DNA of 64,000 nucleotides from Macrostomum hystrix (GCA_950097015.1 CATNEN010000003.1:8804001-8868000), one strand, 5' to 3'; counted from the first letter of the stretch, positions 11,022 to 23,089 are shown. A program made the numbers and translations. The notes: generated from the letters alone by a model not told the origin.

Positions 11022-14000
11022 CTAAAACTGAAGCATAGCAATGGCTCCAAGAGCAGTATTATGCTCTCTATCAAGAAAGCCAACGCATCTAATCCAAAGA
11101 ATTGGACAACCCAGGATTGTCGACCTGGAGCAAGACTCACTAACGCCGGTAACAGGTGTCGCTTCATTTATAAGACAGATTGCTAAATTATTGCACGAGT
11201 CACTCTTCCGATCGGCAATGAACCTTGGCAGATTGTTCATATCGTTGAAATAGGCCAATCTAGTAGCCGAACAACAGTTCTCAATTCCGTCCGTTAGCAA
11301 ACTAAGCCATTCAACTTTGGCACCTTTTGGTAGACCATGACACAAAACTGGCAAGATTAAAGCACTGCATGATTGACAATCGATTCTACCGTTACTAGCA
11401 TTTGATTGACAAACTAGCCGATGAAATGCTTCAACACCAGCTAGAAGACAATCAGTATCGATACCAAAGCAGACAAACAGATTGGCGGCTGATGACAGAC
11501 TCACACTGTAACCGTTGGCCCTAGCAACTCGAAGAGTATGACGCAATGCCAACTCAGCTTGCCAAATGGCGCTAGAATCTTTTGGCACTTCAAGTGTAGC
11601 CGGATCCATACCAATTTGACCGGAGATCAATAACAAACGACTAGTAGAATTGCCTTCACTGTCATCTTCCAAGCTATCGTTAGCATTGCTAGTTATGACA
11701 GTGCATTGACTGTATGGCCCAATGTTAGCTGGAGCCCAATGGCTGCGACTCCGAACGTGCATTGAAGTGACCATTCTTGATTCAAGCTTGCTTGATGAAT
11801 CGTTAACAATGGCTAAGATTGAGGCGGTCATTAAATAATTAGACTGCCTTGTTGGCTTCAATTCAATGCAAGCTCTAGCTGGAGGACTGCGACCCGGCTG
11901 AGTGGCAAAGCCCAGTTCGGGTGAGCCGTAGACTGCGTTCACTGTTGAGAAAGCCGACATGTCTGGCACCTGCGAATGCACCAGGGGAGTGCGGTGACCT
12001 TGAAGGACTAGGGGTTAGAGTGCGGTGACCTTGAAGGACTAGGGGTTAGAGTGCGGTAACCTTAAAGGATTAGAGTGTGGTGACCTTAAAGGACAAGGGG
12101 TTAGAGTGCGGTGACCTTGAAGGACTAGAAGTTAAAGTGCGGTGACCTTGAAGGACTAGGGGTTAGAGTGCGGTAACCTTAAAGGATTAGAGTGTGGTGA
12201 CCTTAAAGGACAAGGGGTTAGAGTGCGGTGACCTTGAAGGACTAGAAGTTAAAGTGCGGTGACCTTGAAGGACTAGGAGTTAGAGCGCGGTGACCTTGAA
12301 GGACTAGGGGTTAGAGTGCGGTGACCTTAAACGACTAGGGGTTAGAGTGCGGTGACCTTAAAGGACTAGGGGTTGGAGTGCGGTAACCTTGAAGGACTAG
12401 GGGTTATAGAACGGTGACCTTGAAGGATAAGGGGTTAGAGTGCGGTGACCTTGAAGAACAAATAGCTCGAGTTGGGTGACCTTGAATGATAAATAGCTCG
12501 AATTAAGGACAAGGTGACCTTGAAGGACAAATAGCTTGAGTTGGGTGAAATTTAAGGATGCTGGGTTGAAGTCTGTGACCTTGAAGGGACACGGATTGAA
12601 GTGTGACCTTGAAAAACCGTAAGTAAGTTGGAGTCAGGGCCGCATTTAGGGTGATAAAATGTCTCACCGTTAAGATGCAAAGCAGAGGTCTCAAACAACC
12701 ATTCTCTGCAGTCTTCAGCGCAGTAGTCGCTCGGGCCAACAGCAGCCTAGCTGCGGACTCTGTGTCATTCAACTTCAATTCGACATCGTCGGAGAGCACC
12801 GCGACGTTTACTACCGAAAACGGAATCAAAGCTGGCGATCGTTTTAACGTTTTGGGCATTGTTGCTTCCGTAAGAAAATGGCGATTTGTTTTATAATTTT
12901 CTGCGTCCAGTTTAAATTCTCTCTGGATTAAAATCGATGAAATGCGATCAATCGGTGCTAGCTGATCGATTTGTCGACCTGGTTGATGGTTTAAACCGGC
13001 CTAAAATGTTTTTATGATAATAGACTAACAGCTGTACAGAATTAGGACAGTTGCAGTTTTTATCAGTTAATTTTCATCTTTTACCTTCGGCTCAGCTAGC
13101 CGGCAACAAGTATTCAGATTTAGGTAGCAAACGGGAGCAAAAGCGTCGTTGCTATGGACAACAATTGAAGGATCATTGGCGTTGCTAGGATTGCTGTCCA
13201 CAGCGAGTCTGCCGTAACGAAACAGCGGACAGTCGAGAGCCAGGGTCTCGTACTCGCCGCCTTCGCCGCAAGGACTCAAACCGGCGCTAGCGGGATCGGA
13301 CAAGTCCACTAGATCGTTGCGAAGATCGGCCAGACGTCGGCCTAGATGTCGCTTCGGTGACAGGCCATAGGCGGCAACTTTTATTAGGATGGCGTCAAGT
13401 CCGCTGGATAGCATCTCGTCTAGTAGTTCAACCTGATCAGGCAGTGTCAAGCAGTGACATCTGAGGTTAGATACCGTCTGAGACTGTCACAGATAAAGCT
13501 CCTGACGTCAAACTAATAGACTGATAGACAAGTGGACAGACTGACAGACAAGTTGACAGACTGACAGACAAGTTGACAGACTGACAGACAAGTTGACAGA
13601 CTGACAGTAAAGCTGAGAGAAAAGTTGACAGACTGACAGACAAGCTGACAGACTGAAAGACAAGTTGACAGACTGACAGTCAAGCTGGCAGACTGACAGA
13701 CAATTTGACAGACAAGTTGATAGGCTGACAGACAAGCTGACAGTCTGACAGACAAGCTGACAGACTGACAGACAAGCTGAAAGACTGATAGGCAAGCTGA
13801 CAGGCAGGTTTACAGAATGACAGATAAGTTGACAGGCTGAAAGACAAGCTGACAGGCTGACAGACAGAATGACAGTCAAGCTAAAATGCAGATAACCAAG
13901 CTGACAGACGGATCATAAGAATGACAGTTAAGCTGACAGAATGGTCAAAAGCTCACCTGATCGCGTCGCCATAGGAAGGCGAACACCTGAAGGCCAAGCC

Positions 14001-14548
14001 TGTCGCACACTGACTCCACCCTCACCCGTTGATAATTGGACAATATTGCGCCAACTGAGACAGCTTGAACGTTAGGTAAATTGGCTTTCACATCCGATAA
14101 TAATTTATAAAGATCTTCCACTTCATCGCTTGTGTCACCCGAGTTAGCGGACGACTGTATGAATAAAATTTACATTGAGTAAACAATAGGAGTAACTATA
14201 CCTAAAAAATATTAACACATGCCTTGTCATCTGATTAGAACATACATCATTCTATTATTGCAATACCTAAAGTTGAAATTGATTAAAGACACTTACAGTA
14301 TAGTGATCAGCTGATCCAGTATCATGTGATGCGCCCACAATTGGCCTTTTAAATAATGGAAGTCCCATAGCCTCAGCATAGAGAGACACAGCTTCGCTGC
14401 CAACAGTCTGATACATGAAACTGTCCATCTCGGCGCCAGTGGGTGGATAAAGGTGAGCCAATGCAACTATTGAATGACCAGCCCGAACACATTCCATCAT
14501 GTTGTAGCAGCTGTCTTTGCCACCACTGACTAAGCTGACAACTTGCAT
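11022..14548 (-). CDS. DPH6: Diphthine--ammonia ligase with C-terminal RidA/YjgF-like domains. Exons 14548-14297, 14154-13957, 13432-13085, 13000-12668, 11969-11022 (~692 aa)
   Basis: PP-loop LVSGGKDSCYNM, DSFMYQTVG, DEVEDL, GAILSNYQRVRVESVC, CGEGGEYET, then PDMSAFSTVNAVY...PPARACIE and MHVRSRSHWAPANIGPYSQ, ISGQIG, LPKGAKVEW. All introns are phase 0 GT-AG. Confidence 0.93.
11985..12612. repeat. ~31-bp minisatellite (GAGTGCGGTGACCTTGAAGGACTAGGGGTTA) in DPH6 intron 4
   Basis: Direct tandem copies filling most of the intron and ending ~15 nt from the acceptor. Confidence 0.95.
13510..13940. repeat. ~20-bp minisatellite (GACAGACAAGTTGACAGACT) in DPH6 intron 2
   Basis: Tandem degenerate copies. 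Confidence 0.9.
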
Positions 14549-15063
14549 ACTAAATCAGTTATTTGTCTGTCTTCAATTTGGATTTGCTGGAGCAGAAAAA
14601 ATATATTAGCTGGCTATGTAGTATATAGTTTATACTAGTAATTTATTTAATGTTTATAGGGACCAGGGCCAATATTAAAATGTGTCAGATCAGTGCATTC
14701 AACCTGTTGCCCATGTCACTGACCCTAAACAAAATTACTTAGATAAATCTATCCTGATTTTCCTATCATCAGGGAGAGTAATGCTTAATAGTAAAGTAAG
14801 GTAAAATTTTACTATAAGTCTCCTTAAGCCTTCTAGTATATATATATGTGAAATATTAAGATTACATTAAGATTACATTACACTTACATTATTTACTACA
14901 AAAAACATTTTCCAAAGCAATTGTTTTCTTACTGGCTGCAGGGTGTACTGTCAAAAACTTAAATTAATTTATTAGTGTTTAGGTACATTTTATCAGCCTT
15001 TGACCCTCTACAGCTCCAAATACAAACTTAGAATATCTGGTTTCTAAAGAATGTTTTTGTTTT

Positions 15064-16366
15064 GGCATAAGTATAGTTTCATTCGTTAAACTCAAATTCG
15101 CCTAAAAAATGATAACTGGCATAACAAGGATAATGGGTAGGGCCTAACATTGAGAAATGTCAGAATAATGTCCTTTGGGTAGAAGCTACAGCAGAAACTT
15201 TGCAGAAGCTACAGCGGGTACTGCTCCGTGATACAGCGCAGGAAGTGCCGGAAGTGGGGATGCGGGAACTTCTTGTGCCACAGAAATTCCTGCAGGTCCG
15301 TTTCAAATAGCTGCAGCTGCATGCCATACATGTTACGCAACTTGTGTTTTGCATGGGCCCACGTACCCTCCACAAGATTCGTGTGGACATTGGGATCCTA
15401 CAGGTCCATGAAGGCCAGGCGGTGATTGACCACCGCGTGGTTGGGTAGGGCGCAGTAGGCCTGCCAGCCGTCTATGAGAATGCGTGTACCAAGGAGAACA
15501 TGCTGCTAGATGATGGGAAGCAGTGTCTCAGCTTGGCAGTTGGCAACTGGCACCATGATGGTCTTATTAGTTCCGCATTCCACCATTCCAAGGACCCAGG
15601 TGCCATTCCGGTGGGCACCTTGCTGATATTTCCAGTGGAAAAACAGTGACTCGTCTATCTCCACCTCATATCCCGGGCCGCTGAGCTGCACTGGGTGCGC
15701 CTGCAGATATTCAGACGTCACGGCAGAAGTTTGCCCAATCCACAGCACAGGAGTGGGCGATCCTTGTCTGCCGTTCAATCTTCTCCAGCGACAGCTCTAT
15801 CGACCAGAGCATCACGAAGTCAAAAAGGCCTGGCAAGTTGATATGGCTGCCTTCAAAAAAGGAGCCCTTTCGCACTGAAGATTGGCCATGGCAGGTGTTA
15901 CAACTCCAGGCCCAACTGTCTATAAACCATTCTCCTTGCCAGTGCTGAAGCTTCATAGCTTGTCCGCAGCATTGGCAACTATTTGCAATTAGGTGGTACT
16001 TTGCAGTTTGCAAGGAAGCGCATCATGACCATTGCACCTTCATCGCCAGCCGCTGTGACAGCATGCATGGATCATAGGTTGCATGGGAGGTGCTCCAGCA
16101 TGGCCGGGTTCTCCACCTCATTGGTGGGGATGAGGACAATTGGTGCTGATGGGCGTCTGCCAGCCATATCAATAAGTATCTGATTTGAATTTGAAATTGC
16201 GCTCCTCACCAGCGCAACTGCCACATTAGCACCACCGACCATAGGGTATATTTTTGCCATAGACACTGCCACATCAGTACTTAAATTTCAAATCGTGTAT
16301 CATTACAGTCTTAGATTTCGATTTTTGTGCGAATTTGAGTTTAACGAACAAAACCATACTTATGCC
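15064..16366 (-). mobile_element. Merlin (IS1595-like) DNA transposon with disrupted transposase
   Basis: 38-bp TIRs 15064-15101 and 16329-16366 (35/38 identical, starting GG); exact 8-bp TSD TTTGTTTT (15056-15063, 16367-16374). Transposase motifs: CxxC...Cxx[58 protein letters not shown]. Frameshift near 15715; stops including 15506. Confidence 0.93.
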
Positions 16367-16738
16367 TTTGTTTTTTATCATAAAAGTTAGACAAAGAAAG
16401 AAATAAAACCTTGATAATCAAAATGTTGCTTTCATAATACATACTTTAAAAAGGTGAAGATGTGGCCTAATTTTTTGTAGCTATTAGGTAATTTTAATAG
16501 TTTTAATTAACTAGATATCAATGGGCTCTACTTAGTTATGTACTCATTGTAAATAAAACTAATATAAAATATAAGAGCAGAGCACTGAACTTACTGAAGT
16601 ACATCACATAGTATGAATACTTCTATCTAAAATTTTATGCACGCTGACATGCACTGGTCTTATACATAATTCTTGGCATACACATTTAGTGCTAAGGGTT
16701 AGGAGATTTTTTTATATCAATAAACAGAAAGTTTCATT

Positions 16739-16780
16739 GGGTGCGTTCGAGTAGCTATTTTAAGCTTCTCGAACGCACCC
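16739..16780. repeat. 42-bp palindrome (possible collapsed PIF/Harbinger-like MITE)
   Basis: GGGTGCGTTCGAGTAGCT-ATTTTA-AGCTTCTCGAACGCACCC; arms 17/18 complementary. Confidence 0.6.
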
Positions 16781-17726
16781 TATTTACCAACTGAGTCATT
16801 AGATTCGTGCTAAATGACAAAAAAATGTCACAATAAAACAGAAAGATTTATTTTTGCAGAAAAAGAATAAAAAAGTTTTGTACTTAGACATTACGTATTG
16901 CATTCAACAAGTTTGTTATGTTTTTAATTACTTAGAAATATGTAATGTTTTAAAAATTTGGGTCCGACCATGACATGTTTTTTGTGGAAAGACATGCACG
17001 CAAGGGAACAGTGTGAAGACCCTGAAACCGTAAAATTAAAAGTAGCTATTTTTCTAGGCCATGTTTCAGAAGTGCCGAATAATGGAGCTATTTTTTGTGT
17101 TATTGCCTAACAGTTATGCCTTTTAAATTATGTCACCTGCTTCCCTACAATTTTACATCAAAGTAGGTAAGGACCATTGGCCTTATAAGTGATTTTTTAC
17201 TGTCACTATCGCTCAATGGAGTTATATGGCATAATTAAAACTGACAAGCTGTAACATTGCTTGCTAATAATATGAAACTTATAAACTTATAAAAGTAAAT
17301 AAGTTCTAAATCTGGAGATTGAGCAAATCGCTCAGGTCAGGTCTAGGCCTAACTCTTACATAGGCCTAATGTGTTGCTCTAAGACAACAAAAATCATTAG
17401 GCCCCTAGTGTGCATGATAAAAATTGGTTAGCTAATATATTTGAAACCAATAGATAGAAAACGAAGTCGCAAATATTATTATTATTATTATTAAAACGCG
17501 CACGCCATCTATGGGTGCTGATTTTTTTATATATATATTTTTTAACAACACATTTAAATGAACAACGAAAAGCAACATAAAAAGCGAAGTTAAGTAGGAA
17601 TCAAATATCGAGCTGGGAAGGGAAAGCAAAGGTATTAAAAATAAGAGCAGTAAAAACACAAGGGACGCCAGGGATAAAACAAATTATGAAATATCTATTG
17701 TTGAATGTTAGTAAAATCTCGTAGTC

Positions 17727-20700
17727 TCAGGGCAGCTGTTCCCTTATTTTAGATATTTCTATGATGTATTTTGCTAAAGCTTCAGCGGTTTCCCTATCGT
17801 CTTGAGCCATTATGTAGTTAGATTTTTCTTCTGCTGTTAAGGATATGAAATTGGGGGTTTTCCCAGAAACTTCCGTCTCAAATTTCGAACGTACTGCGCT
17901 ATACTTATTCCAAGTGCACTTAAAAAGGAAGTGGACCTCGTTTTCAACTTCTGTTTTGCACTTACTACATAATCTATTTGCATACGGAATTTTCGGTCTC
18001 GCAGTTCGCAATGTTTCGCAAGCTAGCTTATGGTTTCCTAGTCTAAACGAGGCTATGGTACGTCTCCACTCCGGGTTGTATATTTGTTGTAAATATTTTT
18101 CGGCTGAATAATATTGCTTGAAGGAGTAATAGAAGTGACTTAGCTTGCTTGAGTTCTGTGTCCTTTGTCTCCAATGGGTATCGAACTGAGAAACGAAATT
18201 TTTCCTGTGGTTTCCAATTGCTTTTGCAGGACTAATGCCTCTGCAGTTCAGCATAACCTCATTGTTGGTCTTTGCTTTGATTCCAACATCACTGTATGTT
18301 TGGTCCGCCAATAACTTGGAAATTATGGAGTCCGGCCGGCTTGTTATGGAGGCCCAGTACGAAATGCTTCTTTTCTGGATGTTGTATAATAAAGGCAATC
18401 TGCCTAACTCCGAGCGGGCCCCGTTGCCATCCGTATTTTGGCTGACTTGTAGTATGGCTTTACAGCACCTGATGTTTACTCTTTCAAAAAGACAGCGGTC
18501 CCAAGGACCCAGGTTCCACGAGACAAAAGCCCCCCAGGCCTCAGAGGCGTACAGAGCTATGCTTTCTATCATTGCTGTGCAGTACAGCATGAGCTGATTG
18601 TATCTGACCGCCCCATGGCTGGCTAATTTCCTTAAGAGAAGAATAGGATATCCACATTTTTTGTTAATCTCTGTGGCATGGGAATCCACGGTTCCTTTAG
18701 CATTGATGTGAAAGCCAAGATATTTCCATTCTTTGACGCTATCTAACAGTTGTCCCTGCAGAAATAGTTTGTTAGCCGTCTTTGATGGGTCAGGGCAACA
18801 GCTAATAACCTTAGTTTTTTGCATATTGATTTCTAGCTTGTGGCTCTGACAAAATTCTGACACTTTATCGAGGCCCTTCTGCAACTCTCGAGGATTCTCT
18901 CCAAAGATCACTAAATCATCGCAGTATAGCAAGTTGTTGATTTGTTCATCTTTAATGAAGGTGTCGCTGCGAAATGAATCCCTTAGCATTGTGCTCAAAG
19001 GATCTATATAGAGTGAGAAGAGTAGAGGGGATAGGGGACAGCCTTGTCTTACTCCATTTGTTATGCTCCTTGCCTTAGTTGCTTGGCCATCTGAGATCTT
19101 CAGTTGGAATTTAGCTCCTGAGTACATGCTTTGTATTGCTTCGATTATTTCTGGGCTGACCTTTAACTCCCTAAGTCGTTGGAAAAGTGTTGGATGGTGG
19201 ACCATGTCAAATGCGCTTTTTAAGTCAAAGAACACTAAGTGAAATGGCCTTTTGCGACGCTTTTTGTTGTGGATCAACGTCAAGAGAGTGGCAATGTGGT
19301 CTGAAGTTCGGTAGCCCTTTCTATTTCCTATTTGACTGGCTGAAAGCAAGTCGAGGGTGCGAATATGAGTTTCTAGCTTTTCATAGATAAGTGAGGCAAA
19401 CAGGCGAGCCAGGGCAGGCAGCACGCTTATGGGTCTGTAGTTTTTGGGGTCACTACGGGAACCCTTTTTATAAATCGGTGTGATTAGGGCATTTGACCAC
19501 TGTGCAGGAGTCTGGCCGAGTCTTACGCTTGCGTTAAAAAGCTTCAGAAGTACGGGTTTTAGCTTCTCTTGTCCGTAGATAATGTGCTCATTTGTTATAC
19601 CATCTATTCCTGCAGCCTTTCTTCTCTTTAGCTTTTTAACTGCTCTATCGAGATCTACGCAGCTAATTAAATCTTCGGGACTAACTGCTTCATCTGTGCG
19701 ATGCGGCTGGGTTCCCGAAGAAGGATGTGCGTTAAACACTTTGGTTAGGTTGTCCGCGATGTCAGCGATTGGGGCTTGAGGTCTGTTAAGTCTCCTGCTG
19801 GGGAACAGCAACTCTTCTGCTCTTCTAAGACCGGACCAGAATCCCTTTGAGGTTCCGTTAGCCGCCATTTTCTGAATGCAGTCATTTATGTCCATCTGCT
19901 TAAGTTTCTTGAGCTGTTGTTTGTATTTTTTCGCTAGCCCATTATATTCTGATGCCAGCGCGCTGTCAGTTGGTCTACGTCTTTTTTTCCTGGCCACGTA
20001 CTTTAATGATTTGCTCAAGTTTCTTAGTGTCTCGTCTCGATTTGTCCAGAACTTGTTCGGAATGATTGTCTTTGCGCAGCTTTCTGCCACTGAGTCTCTA
20101 AGCAGGTTGGTCAAGCTCGAGAACAAATTTTCCAGGGATTTTCCATCGTGTGCGTCGATAGATTGCAACTTTCTAATTATTTCTTCGCTTTGTTTGTTAT
20201 TCAATGCCTCAATGTAACTTCCCTGCGTTTCAGTGTCCCATCTTGGAGGCATTGGGAAGGATTCATGTTTTTCCTGGTTTGCGTGTTCTGGTTGGACATG
20301 ATCAGGAAAAATCAGAGTGACTGTTAGCGGGCAATGTCTGGACAGAAAGCTTTGAGGATGAATAAAGAAGTCTTTTATAATATCCACTTTATCCATGGAT
20401 GCAATAGCGTAGTCTATGGTACTTCGGCCTAGTGTGCTACTAAACGTGTAATTTCCCATAATGTCACCCTGAGTCATTCCGTTCAGAATCGTGCTCTTGG
20501 TCTCGGAGCACATTTCCATCAGTCTTAATCCATGCTTGTTTTTCTCAGAGTCCTGATTCTGTCTGGGAAACTTATCCCTAGTGCTGGACTGTAATGTGCC
20601 AGTTCGTGCATTGAAGTCACCTACTGTTAATACGGAGCCCTCTCTTGAGAAGAGCTGGATGAGATATTTAATCTCCTCCCATATATCTTCTTTGTAGTAT

Positions 20701-21161
20701 TTAGAATTTTCCGGTGGGATATAGCACCCTAAGATATACAGGGGTTCTTCAGACTGCTTTTGCTTTATTTTTAGTACCAGAGCGAAGTCAGATTTGTGCA
20801 CTAATGTGGTTCTCTTTGAAATATTATTTTTAACGAGGAAAACAATGCCATTTGATAATCTACCTTTGTTGATTCCCCTTGCCTTGATTCCATCTGCTCC
20901 AAAGCAGGTGAAATCTATCAGCGTGTTTGAGTCTAGCTGCTCCTGTTTGGCGTGGGTCTCACAGAGGAAAACTATGTCTCTATTCCTAATATGTTCGTGG
21001 AAACATGGTGATTCCATTTTGCATTCTCCACTGAGCATCAGTCCATCTATGTTCCAACTGGTGATAATCAACTCTGATTTATTATAAGTAACCTTCTTTT
21101 CGCAGCTGCCCTGTGTTTCAGTGACTATTCGGGAGTTAAAATTTAGCGTAGAAGTTAACAT
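17727..21161 (-). CDS. LINE ORF2: APE endonuclease + reverse transcriptase + C-terminal Cys/His motif, 1144 aa, uninterrupted
   Basis: SWNIDGL, LCETH, GDFNART, TIDY, SRH; KAAGIDGI, NYRPIS, FFDLKSAFDMV, GVRQGCPLSPLLF, YCDD, YLG; C-terminal RLCSKC...ENEVHFLFKC. Confidence 0.96.
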   Translation of the reverse strand: MLTSTLNFNSRIVTETQGSCEKKVTYNKSELIITSWNIDGLMLSGECKMESPCFHEHIRNRDIVFLCETHAKQEQLDSNTLIDFTCFGADGIKARGINKGRLSNGIVFLVKNNISKRTTLVHKSDFALVLKIKQKQSEEPLYILGCYIPPENSKYYKEDIWEEIKYLIQLFSREGSVLTVGDFNARTGTLQSSTRDKFPRQNQDSEKNKHGLRLMEMCSETKSTILNGMTQGDIMGNYTFSSTLGRSTIDYAIASMDKVDIIKDFFIHPQSFLSRHCPLTVTLIFPDHVQPEHANQEKHESFPMPPRWDTETQGSYIEALNNKQSEEIIRKLQSIDAHDGKSLENLFSSLTNLLRDSVAESCAKTIIPNKFWTNRDETLRNLSKSLKYVARKKRRRPTDSALASEYNGLAKKYKQQLKKLKQMDINDCIQKMAANGTSKGFWSGLRRAEELLFPSRRLNRPQAPIADIADNLTKVFNAHPSSGTQPHRTDEAVSPEDLISCVDLDRAVKKLKRRKAAGIDGITNEHIIYGQEKLKPVLLKLFNASVRLGQTPAQWSNALITPIYKKGSRSDPKNYRPISVLPALARLFASLIYEKLETHIRTLDLLSASQIGNRKGYRTSDHIATLLTLIHNKKRRKRPFHLVFFDLKSAFDMVHHPTLFQRLRELKVSPEIIEAIQSMYSGAKFQLKISDGQATKARSITNGVRQGCPLSPLLFSLYIDPLSTMLRDSFRSDTFIKDEQINNLLYCDDLVIFGENPRELQKGLDKVSEFCQSHKLEINMQKTKVISCCPDPSKTANKLFLQGQLLDSVKEWKYLGFHINAKGTVDSHATEINKKCGYPILLLRKLASHGAVRYNQLMLYCTAMIESIALYASEAWGAFVSWNLGPWDRCLFERVNIRCCKAILQVSQNTDGNGARSELGRLPLLYNIQKRSISYWASITSRPDSIISKLLADQTYSDVGIKAKTNNEVMLNCRGISPAKAIGNHRKNFVSQFDTHWRQRTQNSSKLSHFYYSFKQYYSAEKYLQQIYNPEWRRTIASFRLGNHKLACETLRTARPKIPYANRLCSKCKTEVENEVHFLFKCTWNKYSAVRSKFETEVSGKTPNFISLTAEEKSNYIMAQDDRETAEALAKYIIEISKIREQLP

Positions 21162-21359
21162 ACTCGTAGAAAGAGGGAGTAGTAGTCCTTAGAGTCAGTC
21201 ACGACGGGTTCAAAACCTTCAAAACCTGTTGCGCGGTATGGGAATTGACGGTATCAAAAATAGAAAGTTATTAGGCAAAGGAGTTAGAGGACCCGAGTTG
21301 AGCAGCTAAATGACTCCTCCACCCCCCCGGCGATTGAAGTTGTTGCCGGACAGGCGGTC

Positions 21360-23089
21360 CTAGTCGACGCAACGAAACTGGCGGTCGTCGAGGCGCCTGA
21401 CACCAACTTGTTGGTATCTGTTGCGGTACCCAAAGCTACTTCTGCGGTAGTTGCTGGGCTCGATATTGGCGCGATAGCCACTTATAAAGTTTTTGCGGTC
21501 TCTTTTGTTGTAGTCGTACTCGTTGCTGATTCGATAGCGGCTAGCACGACTTCTGTCAAAATAGCCGTTGGTGCTGATGCGGTGGTCTATTTCGCTACGG
21601 ATGTAATTGGCATCTCGAACTGGGTAGCTGCTATGCGCTCGATAGTTCCTGTAGCCAGTTGCACCGCCGCCTCGTGACTCTCTGTAGCTGTGTTGATGCC
21701 GGTGATGCACTGTTTGCTGGCGCTGGTTCTCTGTGTTAGCCGGATGCGGCCGTACTTTCAGGTTTAGATTTCGAATGCATTTGGACATTAACGCAAACAA
21801 AAAGTCCGCTCCGCTGCTGTTGAGTTCACCGTCGTAGAAGTGGATTTCATGAAAGTTAAATGTTAAAAGCTGATGTTTAACACCATACTCACACAGTTCT
21901 TTCTCGAAGAGTTGTTCTGTTCGTGTCGAACTGTCTGGGATGATGAGTAGGTGCAGGCAATTCGCACCGTGTTGCCTTTGCCCAGCGTCAATTGCAGTGA
22001 CAGCTTTATATGCCACCTCCATTGATGGCTCATGGTTTAAGTCAATTACCAGACATTCTTGCGCACTGAAGTTTGGCTCTTGCAGTAATTCAATGAGCCT
22101 TTCTTGAGTGTTGTAGTAGACAACTCGAATTGTACTATTCGGGAAGAGTCTGCGATAGTCAAGGGCTTTCCCTAGCTTTGAGCTGACAACGACTATATCA
22201 TGCTTTTTCAGGCCTTCTTTAACTTTCTGTTTGGTACAACTGTTGCTTTCTGCCTCAGCTGGTTCCGAGTCCCTTGCTACAGCTCCTGATGCGTTCTCTG
22301 CATTTTTACTGGCACTGACTGCCATCGTTACATTTTTTGAAGATGCTGTTGGGTTCACTGAGCGCGAGGCCTTCTCAGCATATGTTTCCCGTCCTGCTCT
22401 TTCATTCTGCGTCTTAGTGAACGCCAGCGCTTGCAGACTGACCAGTTCACCGACCTTCTGCTCGAGGCTGTGGCTGATTTGTTGGCTTTTTATTACTTCT
22501 GCCTTCACTGCTCTTTCTTCGCTAATGATAGCATCCTTAGTTGAGCTACTTGTTTGCTTTAGATGGTTCACAACGTCGGATTTTGTGATGTTTAGCGCTT
22601 TCAGTAGTTCCGTTTGACTTTCTTTGGCTTTTGCCTCTAACTGATGCATTAGACCGGTGGTCAAGGATTGAAGCGCATTGCGAGTCTTTTGAATGTACTC
22701 ATCAATTGACAAGCTACTTTTCAGTTGTTTTACTTCACTGAGAACCGCTGCGACTCCTTCCTCGAGAGATTTCAAACGTTTCCAGTCTGTATCCATCAGT
22801 AGGTTGTTCTCTGTGTTAGTTGCTGCATCTACTGGAATCAACTCTGTCTGTACGGCTTTATCGCTTTTGTCAGCTCCCTTCATGGGTGATCTCCTTTTTC
22901 GGAACTTTTTGGTCTTCGGGACCTTAAAGCTCGCATCTTCTAACACGGTCGTCTCTTCGGCGGACGCAGCTGATTCTTTGTCAGCCAGCTTTTGCTTCCG
23001 CTTCCCGAGTCGCGTCTTGGCTTCTTGAAGAGGCTGACTGAGGAATGAGATGTCAAAGTGGGCATCAGCTGCATCAGTCGATTCAGATT
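21360..23089 (-). CDS. LINE ORF1 (coiled coil + degenerate SGNH/esterase-like domain + R/Y-rich tail), N-terminus truncated
   Basis: The frame stays open from the track's GTG at 22946 up to ~23108 with no ATG. Heptad-rich region, then IVVVSSKLGKALDYRRLFP...LVIDLNHE...FYDGELNSSGA resembling LINE ORF1 esterase folds. Confidence 0.75.

Larger units (their letters stand above)
17476..23089 (-). mobile_element. Non-LTR retrotransposon (RTEX-like), 5'-truncated, (TAA)n tail
   Basis: Two ORFs; (TAA)n tail at ~17476-17493 preceded by a stem-loop (GCACCCATAGATGGCGTGC); candidate 6-bp TSD CAAATA at 17470-17475 and 23090-23095. Clade inferred from esterase-like ORF1, TAA tail and ORF2 motifs. Confidence 0.85.
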
